IMG/VR virus record: IMGVR_UViG_3300027770_000038
Coordinates: 32,001 to 96,000 of that record
DNA: 64,000 bases
DNA from: a virus
Lineage: Duplodnaviria; Caudoviricetes
Strand: one strand, 5' to 3'
The notes beneath the pieces were generated by a model. It had not been told where the DNA came from. It saw nothing but the letters and a program-made list of their open reading frames with translations, and ran no database searches. Positions 18,077 through 27,588 of the stretch are shown here, one piece after another; position 1 is the first letter of the stretch; each line of letters starts with the position of its first letter. The position numbers and the translations under genes were made by a program.

Positions 18077-18910
18077 ATGAATGTTAAGTATACAGAAATT
18101 ATAGAACAATACGGAAAATTTAAAATTACTCCGGGATATGGTAATCTCTCGGATAATTTATTTTTGACTCCGTTAATGAAAAAATTTCAAGATATCGAAG
18201 TCGAAGTAGCAGATGAAGAGGTTAACATTTCAAGAGCGCAAGTATTTAATAATTTAGCTAATGTGCAGATTAAAAAAGTAACAGAAATAATTAAAACAAC
18301 CCCAATTACGAGAGGCAAGACTCATATATCTCAAGCTATTTTGGATTATTACGGTATTGAAGACGTTAATTATTTGCCATTTGTTAAGGTCACTCAAGAA
18401 GAAATTGAATGGGCAAAAAAGTTTTTAGAAAAATACTCTAACCCTTTAGCCATCGTACCTACAAATAGCTGCTCTTGGGACAGAACAAATTATTTCGCTC
18501 AAGTACGAACTTTTAATTTTGAAATGTGCAAGTTCTTTATCTCTCATTTTGGTAAAAAATACACGCTTTTACAGTTTGGAGTCGATTCTAATTATTATAA
18601 AACGATGACGACAAGTTTTTTTAATTTGCCTAATGTCGTTCATATTAAAAATTTAAATATAAGACAGCTTGCCGCTTGCTATTATGTAATTGGGAAAATA
18701 ATAAGTTGCGATACTGGCGATCCTTATTTAATGGTTGCTGTCGGCGGTAAAGTTCTAGAAATGGTCCCAATGGATATACCTCATATCTATAAGCACTGGG
18801 AATATAATTATGTTGACGAAAGTTTATGGAAAGGCGAAAAAATCAGAGCTAAATATTTTGATATGAAAGACTATAAAAAAACACTAGAATATATAAATTT
18901 TGATTTTTAA
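18077..18910 (+). CDS. GT9-like glycosyltransferase
   Basis: GNLSDNL and ISCDTGDPYLMVAVGG; paralogue of the next gene. Confidence 0.65.
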   Translation: MNVKYTEIIEQYGKFKITPGYGNLSDNLFLTPLMKKFQDIEVEVADEEVNISRAQVFNNLANVQIKKVTEIIKTTPITRGKTHISQAILDYYGIEDVNYLPFVKVTQEEIEWAKKFLEKYSNPLAIVPTNSCSWDRTNYFAQVRTFNFEMCKFFISHFGKKYTLLQFGVDSNYYKTMTTSFFNLPNVVHIKNLNIRQLAACYYVIGKIISCDTGDPYLMVAVGGKVLEMVPMDIPHIYKHWEYNYVDESLWKGEKIRAKYFDMKDYKKTLEYINFDF

Positions 18911-18990
18911 AATGAAGGAACTTAAAGATAAGCGCTATATAACTAAGCATTATTAAAACAAAGAATATTTAGAAATTGTTCTTAAATAAA

Positions 18991-19797
18991 ATGAAAGATA
19001 AACAAATAATTATTGGTTCTCAAGGAGGAGGACTAGGAGACAACTTGCAGATAACTCCTCTTTTTAAATATTTTGAGAATGGAACTTTAGAAATAATTAA
19101 TAATGATTACGGTAAAGACCTTTCTTCGGTTTATGAAACAATTGCTAAAATTGAATTTAAAGACAGCCCAATAAAACAAGAAATTTTTTTCTCTAAATAC
19201 GGCAATCCTGAACGGTCAAAGGCGTTGAGGAACGGAGCCTTAAATTATTTAACTATATTTGGAATAGAAAACGAAGTTTCTCCAATCCCTAAAGTCAATT
19301 TAAATCTAGAAGAAATTCAAAAAGCTAAACAAAAACTATCTAATTATAAAAATCCAATAGCATTAGTCACATATGGTGGAGGATATAAGAAAGACGACAC
19401 CCTTCAGATGTATCCAGAATATCGACTCCTAGCAAAAGAAAAATGGCAATTTATAGTAGACCAACTTAGCCAAAAATACACAGTATTACATTTTTTCAAA
19501 GGAGAAAATTTAATGAAATTAGAGAACTGCATAGAAATAAATAACCTTTCTATTTATGATCTAAAGCATTATTTTGCAGTTATAGGCAAATATCTAGGGA
19601 TAGACACTGGTTCTTATCATCTTATGTTGGCAGTAGGAGGATTTGCTCATGCGATTGTACCGGATTTATCTTGGCAGCATCAATATTATCCCCCCAATTG
19701 GCAATACGACGAAGAGCTATGGGAAAAAGAAGGCAGTATGAGAGTTAAATATTACAATAAAGACAGAGAATGGCAAAACGTTTTAAATTATCTATAA
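18991..19797 (+). CDS. GT9-like glycosyltransferase
   Basis: GGLGDNL and GIDTGSYHLMLAVGG; likely start ATG 18991 (ORF track gives 18976). Confidence 0.7.
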   Translation: MKDKQIIIGSQGGGLGDNLQITPLFKYFENGTLEIINNDYGKDLSSVYETIAKIEFKDSPIKQEIFFSKYGNPERSKALRNGALNYLTIFGIENEVSPIPKVNLNLEEIQKAKQKLSNYKNPIALVTYGGGYKKDDTLQMYPEYRLLAKEKWQFIVDQLSQKYTVLHFFKGENLMKLENCIEINNLSIYDLKHYFAVIGKYLGIDTGSYHLMLAVGGFAHAIVPDLSWQHQYYPPNWQYDEELWEKEGSMRVKYYNKDREWQNVLNYL

Positions 19798-19801
19798 AAA
19801 T

Positions 19802-20560
19802 ATGAATATAAATTATCCAGACCAAACAAAAAATATAACAATTTATAAAACTCAAGATGATAAAAAATGTTTAATTTTTTCTGTATATGGCGACGGCGGA
19901 AGATCACAAGAAGAACTGAAAAGACATCAAGTCGTGATGGATAGCCAAGAAAAAGTATTTGCAAAATTAAATATCCCATTAAATAGATTCTATCATAATT
20001 TTAATTACTACGGAATGGGCCCTAAAATAACTGAAATAGTTAATTCTTTAATTGATAAAATAGACTATTTTATTATTCTAGATATTGATATATGCCCTTT
20101 AAGAAGCACTTTTGTTAGTGATATTATTGATAAAATCAAAGACGGAAACACTGTCTTTGGAGGAGCGCAACAATCAAATCATATCGCCGTAAATGGTACA
20201 AAAAATCATTTGTATGCAAGCCTATCATTTTTTGGCATTTCTTCGGCTATATATACCAAATTAGGATTTCCAAGTTTTGAAAGTAATCACAGAGGAGACG
20301 TAGCAGAAGAAATTGGGTGGATGATCGAAGAAAAAGGACACAACCTGTGTTTATCTTTCCCGTCTTCTTTTATTGAAACGACTACTGAAGAACAGCAAAA
20401 GTATGGAGTCCCAGCATTTTGGGATTTAGGCAATGGACATAAGTTCGGACTAGGAACCACTTATGGAGATTATGTTTTTCATGCAACGATGCAAAGTGTA
20501 CCGAGAAGCACTGATTTATTTGTAGAAAAATGTATTGAAGTTTTAAAAAGCAACATTTAA
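19802..20560 (+). CDS. putative GT-A fold nucleotide-sugar transferase
   Basis: IILDIDICPL DxD motif and its position in the island. Confidence 0.55.
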   Translation: MNINYPDQTKNITIYKTQDDKKCLIFSVYGDGGRSQEELKRHQVVMDSQEKVFAKLNIPLNRFYHNFNYYGMGPKITEIVNSLIDKIDYFIILDIDICPLRSTFVSDIIDKIKDGNTVFGGAQQSNHIAVNGTKNHLYASLSFFGISSAIYTKLGFPSFESNHRGDVAEEIGWMIEEKGHNLCLSFPSSFIETTTEEQQKYGVPAFWDLGNGHKFGLGTTYGDYVFHATMQSVPRSTDLFVEKCIEVLKSNI

Positions 20561-20562
20561 AA

Positions 20563-21477
20563 ATGACAAATATAATATTTGGCAAAAATGGCTTCGTAGG
20601 CAAAAGTGTTGAGACGACAGGAGAGACCCCAACAAAAAACGAATGCGATTTAAAAAATTACGAATCGACTTTATCTTATTTAAATAAATTTAAAGATCAA
20701 AAAATTAATATTATAAATCTTGCCGCAAAAGTCGCAGGAGTACTTTATAATAAAAATCACAATGTAGAAATGCTATATGAAAATACTTTAATATCATTAA
20801 ATTTAATCAAAGCAATAAAAGAGTTGAATCTTGATTGTTATCTCCTTTCAATATCTAGTGTTTGCGCTTATGATGAAACACTTACAATGGAAGAAGGTAA
20901 ATATTTCAATGGGCTTCCATCAGAAAATAATTTTGGATATGGAATTTCAAAGAAAATTTCTTATCTATCGGCGAAAGCTTTACAGATAGATAATCCTAAT
21001 TTTAAATTCGCTTGTCTGATTCCTACAAATATGTATGGAGAACATGATAACATAAGCCCACAGTTTTCGCATGTTGTTCCCGCTCTATTTATGAAAATGC
21101 TTAAAAAAGACGAGGAAGAGGCGAATATTTTTGGAAACGCAAATAACGTTAGAAATTTTTTATATGTAAAAGATCTAGGCAGAGTTATTGATTTTTTCGT
21201 TAATAAACAAGCTGAAGGATATTATAATATGGCTTCAGACGAAGGAGTAAGTATTTTTGATTTAACAGAAAAAATAAAAAATATTACAAACTGCACAAAA
21301 AAAATAAATTTTAATTTTTCAGGACAATCGAATAGTAGGATTGTTAAAAATGATAAAATAAAAATCTTTTATCAACAACATGGAAAAAATTTACAGATTA
21401 CCCCTCTTGACGAAGGTTTAAAAAATACTTACGAATGGATTAAAGATAAAAAATATGAAATACCCTCTACAAACTGA
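20563..21477 (+). CDS. GDP-4-keto-6-deoxyhexose epimerase/reductase (Fcl/ColC family)
   Basis: GKNGFVG, LAAKVAG, SSVCAY, YGISK (YxxxK), PTNMYG and SHVVPAL. Confidence 0.85.
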   Translation: MTNIIFGKNGFVGKSVETTGETPTKNECDLKNYESTLSYLNKFKDQKINIINLAAKVAGVLYNKNHNVEMLYENTLISLNLIKAIKELNLDCYLLSISSVCAYDETLTMEEGKYFNGLPSENNFGYGISKKISYLSAKALQIDNPNFKFACLIPTNMYGEHDNISPQFSHVVPALFMKMLKKDEEEANIFGNANNVRNFLYVKDLGRVIDFFVNKQAEGYYNMASDEGVSIFDLTEKIKNITNCTKKINFNFSGQSNSRIVKNDKIKIFYQQHGKNLQITPLDEGLKNTYEWIKDKKYEIPSTN

Positions 21478-22624
21478 TAACTTTACTTTTTGGGACAGAG
21501 TTAAAGCAGCTTTGTTCGTGCTTAATAAAAAGAATAGACTGACCACTGGGCCAAAAGTTCTTGAACTAGAAAGAAAATGGGAAAAAATTGCTGGTATCCA
21601 AACAAAATGCGTTGCTGCTTCTTCTGGGTCAACAGCTAACCATCTCTTGGTTGAAACGTTTATTCAAAGCCTTAATCTTAATCCCAAAGATATTATAGTT
21701 TTCGTTCCATCGACTACTTGGGCATCGTCAGTAAGCCCTTGGATAATGAGAGGATGCAAAGTCGTTTTTGTAGACATTAATCTTGGGGACTTTAGTTTTA
21801 ATTATGATGAATTAGAAAAGAAGCTTGAATCTTACAAAAATCCAAAAAAGATTAAAGTAATCTGGCCTACCGCATTGATTGGTTTCGTTCCTAACATAAA
21901 TAAGTTAAAAGAGCTAAAAGAAAAATACAATACATATCTATTTGCTGATCTTTGTGAAACTACAATGGGAAACTATTATGGCAAAAATATTCTTAGTTGT
22001 TTTGATATGGCGACTACTTCTTTCTTTTGGGCACATCAAATCTGCGGAATTGAGATGGGAATGCTCTTTATGCAAGAGAGCTTTATTAAGAACTCTGAGC
22101 TTTATATAAACGCCCAAATGATTCGCAGTCACGGCTTAACTAGAGTGCTTCCAAAAGGCAATGTAACTCGAAAGACAATAGAAGACAGCGCACCAGAAGT
22201 TGATCCTGAGTTCTTGTTTTATAAAATAGGCACTAACTACAGGACTACTGATTTAAATGCTTTTTTTGCATTGATGGATACAGAAAAGTATTATGCATAC
22301 ATAAACGAAAGACGAGAGATCTGGGAATATTTTATCGCTAATCTTCCTCTAGAATATAGAAAACTTAATTTAAATATCGTTCCTTTTTGTCTTCCTTTAA
22401 TAAGCGAAACTAAATCAATCAAGGAAATAAAGAAAAAATTAAACGAAAACGGATGGGAAACTCGTCCAGTGATTTGTTATCTGCCAATTAATCCTGCGTT
22501 TGAACAGTTCGCCAAAGGAGAAAGGTTTCCAAATAGTAAATTCTTAAATGATAATGGATTTTATGTTGGATTAAATAAAGATATTACTTTCAAAGATATC
22601 GACAAACTGATTTCTCTACTATGA
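21455..22624 (+). CDS. colD: PLP-dependent GDP-4-keto-6-deoxymannose 3-dehydratase (ColD-like, DegT superfamily)
   Basis: SSGSTAN and DLCE; SFFWAHQI has His at the position of the usual Schiff-base Lys; RSHGLTR resembles ColD HGWTR; no E1-type GRDCxC Fe-S motif. Confidence 0.7.
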   Translation: MKYPLQTDNFTFWDRVKAALFVLNKKNRLTTGPKVLELERKWEKIAGIQTKCVAASSGSTANHLLVETFIQSLNLNPKDIIVFVPSTTWASSVSPWIMRGCKVVFVDINLGDFSFNYDELEKKLESYKNPKKIKVIWPTALIGFVPNINKLKELKEKYNTYLFADLCETTMGNYYGKNILSCFDMATTSFFWAHQICGIEMGMLFMQESFIKNSELYINAQMIRSHGLTRVLPKGNVTRKTIEDSAPEVDPEFLFYKIGTNYRTTDLNAFFALMDTEKYYAYINERREIWEYFIANLPLEYRKLNLNIVPFCLPLISETKSIKEIKKKLNENGWETRPVICYLPINPAFEQFAKGERFPNSKFLNDNGFYVGLNKDITFKDIDKLISLL

Positions 22625-23541
22625 AAATAGCTTCATTTGGAGCTAGATTTTTTGGCGGTCAAATTTCTAGAATAGAAGAGGGCTTTTGTAAATTAGGACA
22701 TGAAATTAATTTTGAATGCCCTGACGTTATTTTCAGTAATGATCCGGGTTTTTATGAAAAAGCATACAAGTTAAAAGAAAAGAACCCAAAAGCAAAACTA
22801 ATATTTAACGTATTAGACCTGCCTCCTCATTATATAGACGAATCTAAATACGACATCTCTAGGTATCCTTACATAAATAACCCAAATAGAGACTTCAATC
22901 CAGAAAAATTAATAAACTGGCTTAAAAAAGCAGATATTATTACCTGTATTTGCGAAGAAGTAAAATGGCAGATAAAAAAGTGGTGCGGATTTGACAGTGT
23001 AGTTATTTTCAATCCAATCAAAGATGTTTCTTTTTTAAATCTTCCTCTACAGAATAAAGCGAAGAATCAAAGAGGCATTCCTTATAAATACCTATACGTT
23101 GGAAGAGCTTGCGATATGAACAAAAGATTCAATCTCGTTTATCAAGCAATAGCTAAACTTGGAGACCCTGCTGACTCTTTAGCTATCATTGGCTCAGAAA
23201 ATCCCGGTTGGGGAGACTATTATGGCGTATTTGAAGATGAAGTTTTAAATTACTTTTATAATTCTGTAGAGTATTTAATGTTTCCTTCTGCTTTTAAATC
23301 TATTGGTCTGCCAGCTTTAGAGGCTGTAGTTTGCCAAACAATTCCAATAGTAACTAATGACGATCCAGTAACCAAAGAGTTTTGGGCCGAGATAGGAGTA
23401 GATGCCAATAAAATTGCAGAATCAATTTCAAACCCTGACTGGAATCAAAAAGCTAAAAAATTTGTAAAAGACAACAGCGACCTATATAAACAAAAATTCG
23501 ATAAAGTGACTATCGCTGCTAACATATTAAATCTACTATGA
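22621..23541 (+). CDS. GT4-like glycosyltransferase
   Basis: YVGRA...KR and FPSAFKSIGLPALEA motifs. Confidence 0.7.
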   Translation: MKIASFGARFFGGQISRIEEGFCKLGHEINFECPDVIFSNDPGFYEKAYKLKEKNPKAKLIFNVLDLPPHYIDESKYDISRYPYINNPNRDFNPEKLINWLKKADIITCICEEVKWQIKKWCGFDSVVIFNPIKDVSFLNLPLQNKAKNQRGIPYKYLYVGRACDMNKRFNLVYQAIAKLGDPADSLAIIGSENPGWGDYYGVFEDEVLNYFYNSVEYLMFPSAFKSIGLPALEAVVCQTIPIVTNDDPVTKEFWAEIGVDANKIAESISNPDWNQKAKKFVKDNSDLYKQKFDKVTIAANILNLL

Positions 23542-24296
23542 AAATTGGAATTTTAGGATGTGGTTATGATTGCGTAAACGATTTAGACAATAGGCTGGCT
23601 CCTTGGTTTGAAGCAGCAAAAGAATCTGACATAATCTTTTCTTTCGTCTCTTGCATGTTTAAAGAGTATAAAGATATAAACATAAATACTGATAACTCTA
23701 AAACCATTCAGTATTTTCAAAAATTAAAAGATAATGGATTTATTCAGTTTTTTAACACTAGCGAGACGGCATTGATAGAGTCTGACGCTAGAAATTTGGC
23801 ACTGTTTCCTCTGTTACAAGAAAAAGTTGATTGCGTCTGGCTATTAGATTTGAGCGATGAATACTATTCTTTAAAAGAAATAAAAGCAATAATCTCTTAT
23901 ATATCTAACGAGAAGTTCAACCAATGGTATGGTATCAACTTTAAGAATTATATATTAGACGGCAAGCAATGGATTGACGACTTTTGCCCTCCAAGAATAT
24001 TCTTTAATTCTAGAGGTTTAAATTTGGTTAAATTTTATTGGGATAATGACATGATATATACAAATGGAATAGATGAGCTTAACTATAAATATTTAGTAAA
24101 TCAAAAAATCCCAAAACATTATGCTCATGTCAAACATATGACTTGGTTGCACTCAAATGGAAAACTAAAAGTAGAATATCAAAACAAACATTTCGGCCAT
24201 TGCTCCTATAAATGGAATCATGAAACTAATGAATTAGAAATAGATAGAAGCTTTTTTGTAAAAAACAATATCCCTCAACCTATAATACATACATAA
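23538..24296 (+). CDS. GT2-like glycosyltransferase
   Basis: RNLAL, WLLDLSDE and PPRIF motifs. Confidence 0.6.
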   Translation: MKIGILGCGYDCVNDLDNRLAPWFEAAKESDIIFSFVSCMFKEYKDININTDNSKTIQYFQKLKDNGFIQFFNTSETALIESDARNLALFPLLQEKVDCVWLLDLSDEYYSLKEIKAIISYISNEKFNQWYGINFKNYILDGKQWIDDFCPPRIFFNSRGLNLVKFYWDNDMIYTNGIDELNYKYLVNQKIPKHYAHVKHMTWLHSNGKLKVEYQNKHFGHCSYKWNHETNELEIDRSFFVKNNIPQPIIHT

Positions 24297-24298
24297 CA

Positions 24299-25351
24299 AT
24301 GAAAAATATAATTATAACAGGAATTTCCGGTCAAGATGGATCTTACATGCTTGATTATTTGCTTGAGAATACCGATTATAACATTTTTGGTGCAGTTAGA
24401 AGGCTTTCTGTACCTAACTATTCTAATTTCTCACAACATTTAAACAATAAAAGACTTAGTCTTGTAACCGTTGATCTTTCTGATTCTCAATCAATTGACA
24501 ACATAGTAAGAGAGATAAAGCCTGATTACTTTATTAATTTTGCAGCGCAATCTTTCGTAGGTTCAAGCTGGCAAATTCCTGAACAAACATTTGACGCTGG
24601 CGCTATGGGCGTGTTAAGGTGCCTTGAGGCTGTGCGTAAGCACTCTCCAAAGTGCAGATTTTATAATGCTGGAAGTTCTGAAGAGTTTGGAGATGTAAAG
24701 TATACCCCTCAAGATGAAAAGCATTCATTGTCTCCAAGATCTCCATATGGAGCCGCAAAGTGCGCGGCGAGACATATAGTAAAAGTGTATCGTGAGTCTT
24801 ATAATCTTTTTGCAATTCAAGGCTATCTTTTTAATCATGAATCTCCAAGAAGGGGAGAAGAGTTTGTAACTCGAAAAATCACCAAAGGAGTAGCCAGAAT
24901 TTTTAAAGCTATTAAAAATGGACAGCCTTTTGGGCCTATCCATTTAGGAAATGTTGACGCAAAAAGAGACTGGAGCCATGCTATAGATTTTGTTGATGGA
25001 GTATGGAAGATGCTTAACCAAGCACACCCCAATGAGTATATACTTTCTAGTAATGAAGCTCATACAATTAGAGAATTCATTGAACTAGCATTTAAAGAAG
25101 TTGGGATAGAGGGATTTTGGCACGGCCAAGGGACCAACGAAGAATTCTCCATCTCGACTGAATACGCCATTAAAAACGAAGTCAACTCCTCTGTTCTGGT
25201 TAAAATTGATCCAAAATTCTTTCGCCCAGCAGAGGTAGAGCTTTTACTTGGAGACTCTTCCAAAGCTCGCCTAGAATTAGGATGGAGCCCAAAATGGTCT
25301 TTCCATCAATTAGTAAAAGACATGGTAATTTCTGATCTGAATCAAACTTAA
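24299..25351 (+). CDS. gmd: GDP-mannose 4,6-dehydratase
   Basis: ITGISGQDGSY, AAQSFV, SSEEFG, PRSPYGAAK, FNHESPRRG and KRDW. Confidence 0.95.
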   Translation: MKNIIITGISGQDGSYMLDYLLENTDYNIFGAVRRLSVPNYSNFSQHLNNKRLSLVTVDLSDSQSIDNIVREIKPDYFINFAAQSFVGSSWQIPEQTFDAGAMGVLRCLEAVRKHSPKCRFYNAGSSEEFGDVKYTPQDEKHSLSPRSPYGAAKCAARHIVKVYRESYNLFAIQGYLFNHESPRRGEEFVTRKITKGVARIFKAIKNGQPFGPIHLGNVDAKRDWSHAIDFVDGVWKMLNQAHPNEYILSSNEAHTIREFIELAFKEVGIEGFWHGQGTNEEFSISTEYAIKNEVNSSVLVKIDPKFFRPAEVELLLGDSSKARLELGWSPKWSFHQLVKDMVISDLNQT

Positions 25352-25743
25352 TGTCCATTCAACAAACAATTGTAGAAAAATTTGTCAGAAAAAACGAAGT
25401 AGACTGGGCTAGGGATATGAAGGCTGCTACGGCGCTTTTAAAAATTTTCCCTGAGCATGGGTTTTGGGAATGGCTTGAGCCGCACCCAACAGTTTCTAAT
25501 CTTGGATTTTTTCGGTCTAAAAAGAACTTAACAATACTAAAAGACAGATATTCCCTTTTCCTTCAACGGAAAGACCTCAAGGAGTCGAAAGAAAAGCTGA
25601 AAGAAAGCTTTGACTCAAAGGTCGCGACCAGCTATAATCAAGAGGACAGCAAAGTGGGCGAAGACATTCCTATCGTCAAAAAGCCCAGAACTTTAAAAGA
25701 ATTTCTTAATCATGGCAAAGCCCCCGAAACAACAGCAACCTGA
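25351..25743 (+). CDS. hypothetical protein
   Basis: 130-aa ORF coupled to gmd and the recA-like gene. Confidence 0.6.
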   Translation: MSIQQTIVEKFVRKNEVDWARDMKAATALLKIFPEHGFWEWLEPHPTVSNLGFFRSKKNLTILKDRYSLFLQRKDLKESKEKLKESFDSKVATSYNQEDSKVGEDIPIVKKPRTLKEFLNHGKAPETTAT

Positions 25744-26863
25744 AGAAAAAAACTCAAGCATTGGAGCTTCAAGCAGACTCCAATCTATTCTTAATCACAA
25801 AGATCACAAAGATGATCACTTTAATTTTGAAGAAGCAGTGACTTGGAAGATCTCTACTGGGAGCTTGCTTTTAGATGCTGCGGTAGGTGGAGGCATCACC
25901 CCTTCTCTTATCCGTCTTTGTGGACCAAATAATGAAGGCAAAACACCCCAAGCGATAGAAATTTGCAGAAATTTTCTTTTAGAAATCCCGAAAAGTAGAG
26001 TAGTCTGGGTCTTAGCAGAGGGTCGTCTCTCTAAGGAAAACAGAGAACGCTGCGGGATCAAGTTCGTCACCGATGCATCAGAATGGACTGACGGCTCAGT
26101 GTTTATCCTTGAATCTAATGTTTATGATTTAGTAATTGACGTTATTAAAGATCTTGTCCTTAATAATGAAGAAGATAATCGTTATTGTTTTGTTATTGAT
26201 TCTATGGACGGTCTTATCTTAAAGAGAGATAAGGATACAAGCCCAGCAGACGCGAGCAAGGTTGCCGGAACTCAAGTCATCAGCAAGAAGCTTCTACAAT
26301 CACTAAGTATTGGAATGTTTAAGCATGGTCATCTAATGATCGCGGTTAGCCAGATTACTTCTGAAATTAAAATCGATCCCTATGCTAAAAACGCTCCGAG
26401 AGGAGGAATGTTCAGCGGTGGAAATGCATTATTGCATTGGGCTGACTTTATCCTAGAGTATAGCACGACAGCAATGGGCGACTATATCCTTGACAACCCA
26501 GCAGGGAAGATGAATGATGGCAAGACTAAATCGATTGGTAAGTATTCCAAAGTAATGATCCAAAAATCTACCAGCGAAGCTACTCGCAAAAACATCGTTC
26601 AATATCCTATTAAATTTGGAAAAAAGCCTTCTGGCATCTGGGTTGAGTATGAGATTCTTGATTGCCTACTCATGTGGGATCTTGTCGTTGCAAAGGGGGC
26701 TTGGATTACGGTAGATGATTCTTTAGTTGAAGAACTTAAGAACGTTGGAATTGAAATGCCCAAGCAGCACCAAGGGAGAGAAAACTTCAGAAAATGGCTT
26801 GAAGAAAATGAACAGGCCACCAAATATCTTTTTGGCAAGCTAAAAGCTGTCCAATCAAAATGA
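25712..26863 (+). CDS. RecA/UvsX-like recombinase
   Basis: ISTGSLLLD...GGG, Walker A GPNNEGKT, Walker B VIDS, GGNALLH, KGAW. Confidence 0.85.
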   Translation: MAKPPKQQQPEEKNSSIGASSRLQSILNHKDHKDDHFNFEEAVTWKISTGSLLLDAAVGGGITPSLIRLCGPNNEGKTPQAIEICRNFLLEIPKSRVVWVLAEGRLSKENRERCGIKFVTDASEWTDGSVFILESNVYDLVIDVIKDLVLNNEEDNRYCFVIDSMDGLILKRDKDTSPADASKVAGTQVISKKLLQSLSIGMFKHGHLMIAVSQITSEIKIDPYAKNAPRGGMFSGGNALLHWADFILEYSTTAMGDYILDNPAGKMNDGKTKSIGKYSKVMIQKSTSEATRKNIVQYPIKFGKKPSGIWVEYEILDCLLMWDLVVAKGAWITVDDSLVEELKNVGIEMPKQHQGRENFRKWLEENEQATKYLFGKLKAVQSK

Positions 26864-27279
26864 AGTTATATTCTGTAACCGGCAGGATAATTAACAAAAA
26901 TGTTTCTCAATTTTTAATAGATTGGGACAAACGATCTCGCTCTAAGATTCAGTTCCAAGTTAAACAGTTTCTTAAACCATTTTGGAAAACTCATGTTTGT
27001 TATGAAGAGTTCCCGGTATTCGGAAGTAGAATGAAAGTAGACTTTATTAATATTTCCCGCAAAATAGCGATAGAAGTTAATGGAGATCAGCATTCTTCTT
27101 TTAATAAATTCTTCCATAACAATTCTAGATTGAATTATCTTAACTCTATAAAAAGAGACTATAAGAAATCTGTATGGTTAGAGAAGAACGGTTTTCAACT
27201 ATTAGAGTTAGAGACATCTGATTTAAATAAGTTAAGCTACGATTATATAAATCATACATTCAAGATATCACTGGTGTAA
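26860..27279 (+). CDS. DUF559/Vsr-like endonuclease
   Basis: EEFPV...VDF...AIEVNGDQH...RDxxK motifs. Confidence 0.7.
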   Translation: MKLYSVTGRIINKNVSQFLIDWDKRSRSKIQFQVKQFLKPFWKTHVCYEEFPVFGSRMKVDFINISRKIAIEVNGDQHSSFNKFFHNNSRLNYLNSIKRDYKKSVWLEKNGFQLLELETSDLNKLSYDYINHTFKISLV

Positions 27280-27287
27280 TATAAGCT

Positions 27288-27572
27288 GTGGCAAAAAATA
27301 AAGAATTCCAGTTTCCAGATAGTATTCTATCTCAAATAGATGAATGCTCTCAAGGAGGGTTTTTATTATTCACCTTTGATAAAAAAGGAATGCCAGAAGT
27401 GAGATCTAAATTCGATAATGCACAGAACGCAATGGCTATGCATTATTATATTAATAATTGGCTTAGTGCTGTTGAACAAATCAATTTAGAAAACACGATC
27501 CATAACATTATCGCTGCTGATAAAGAAGATGATGAAGACGATGATAATGAAGACGGTCCTGCTAGTAAGTAA
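27288..27572 (+). CDS. acidic hypothetical protein
   Basis: GTG start 8 nt after GTGTAA; acidic tail. Confidence 0.6.
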   Translation: MAKNKEFQFPDSILSQIDECSQGGFLLFTFDKKGMPEVRSKFDNAQNAMAMHYYINNWLSAVEQINLENTIHNIIAADKEDDEDDDNEDGPASK

Positions 27573-27588
27573 CTCTTTTTTTAGTTAA

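Noticed and set aside
21455-22624. Ordinary DegT/perosamine aminotransferase
   Set aside because: The Schiff-base Lys position holds His, which fits a 3-dehydratase
11225-25351. Bacterial chromosomal O-antigen locus
   Set aside because: No wzx, wzy, wzm or waaL; it is translationally coupled to phage genes on both sides
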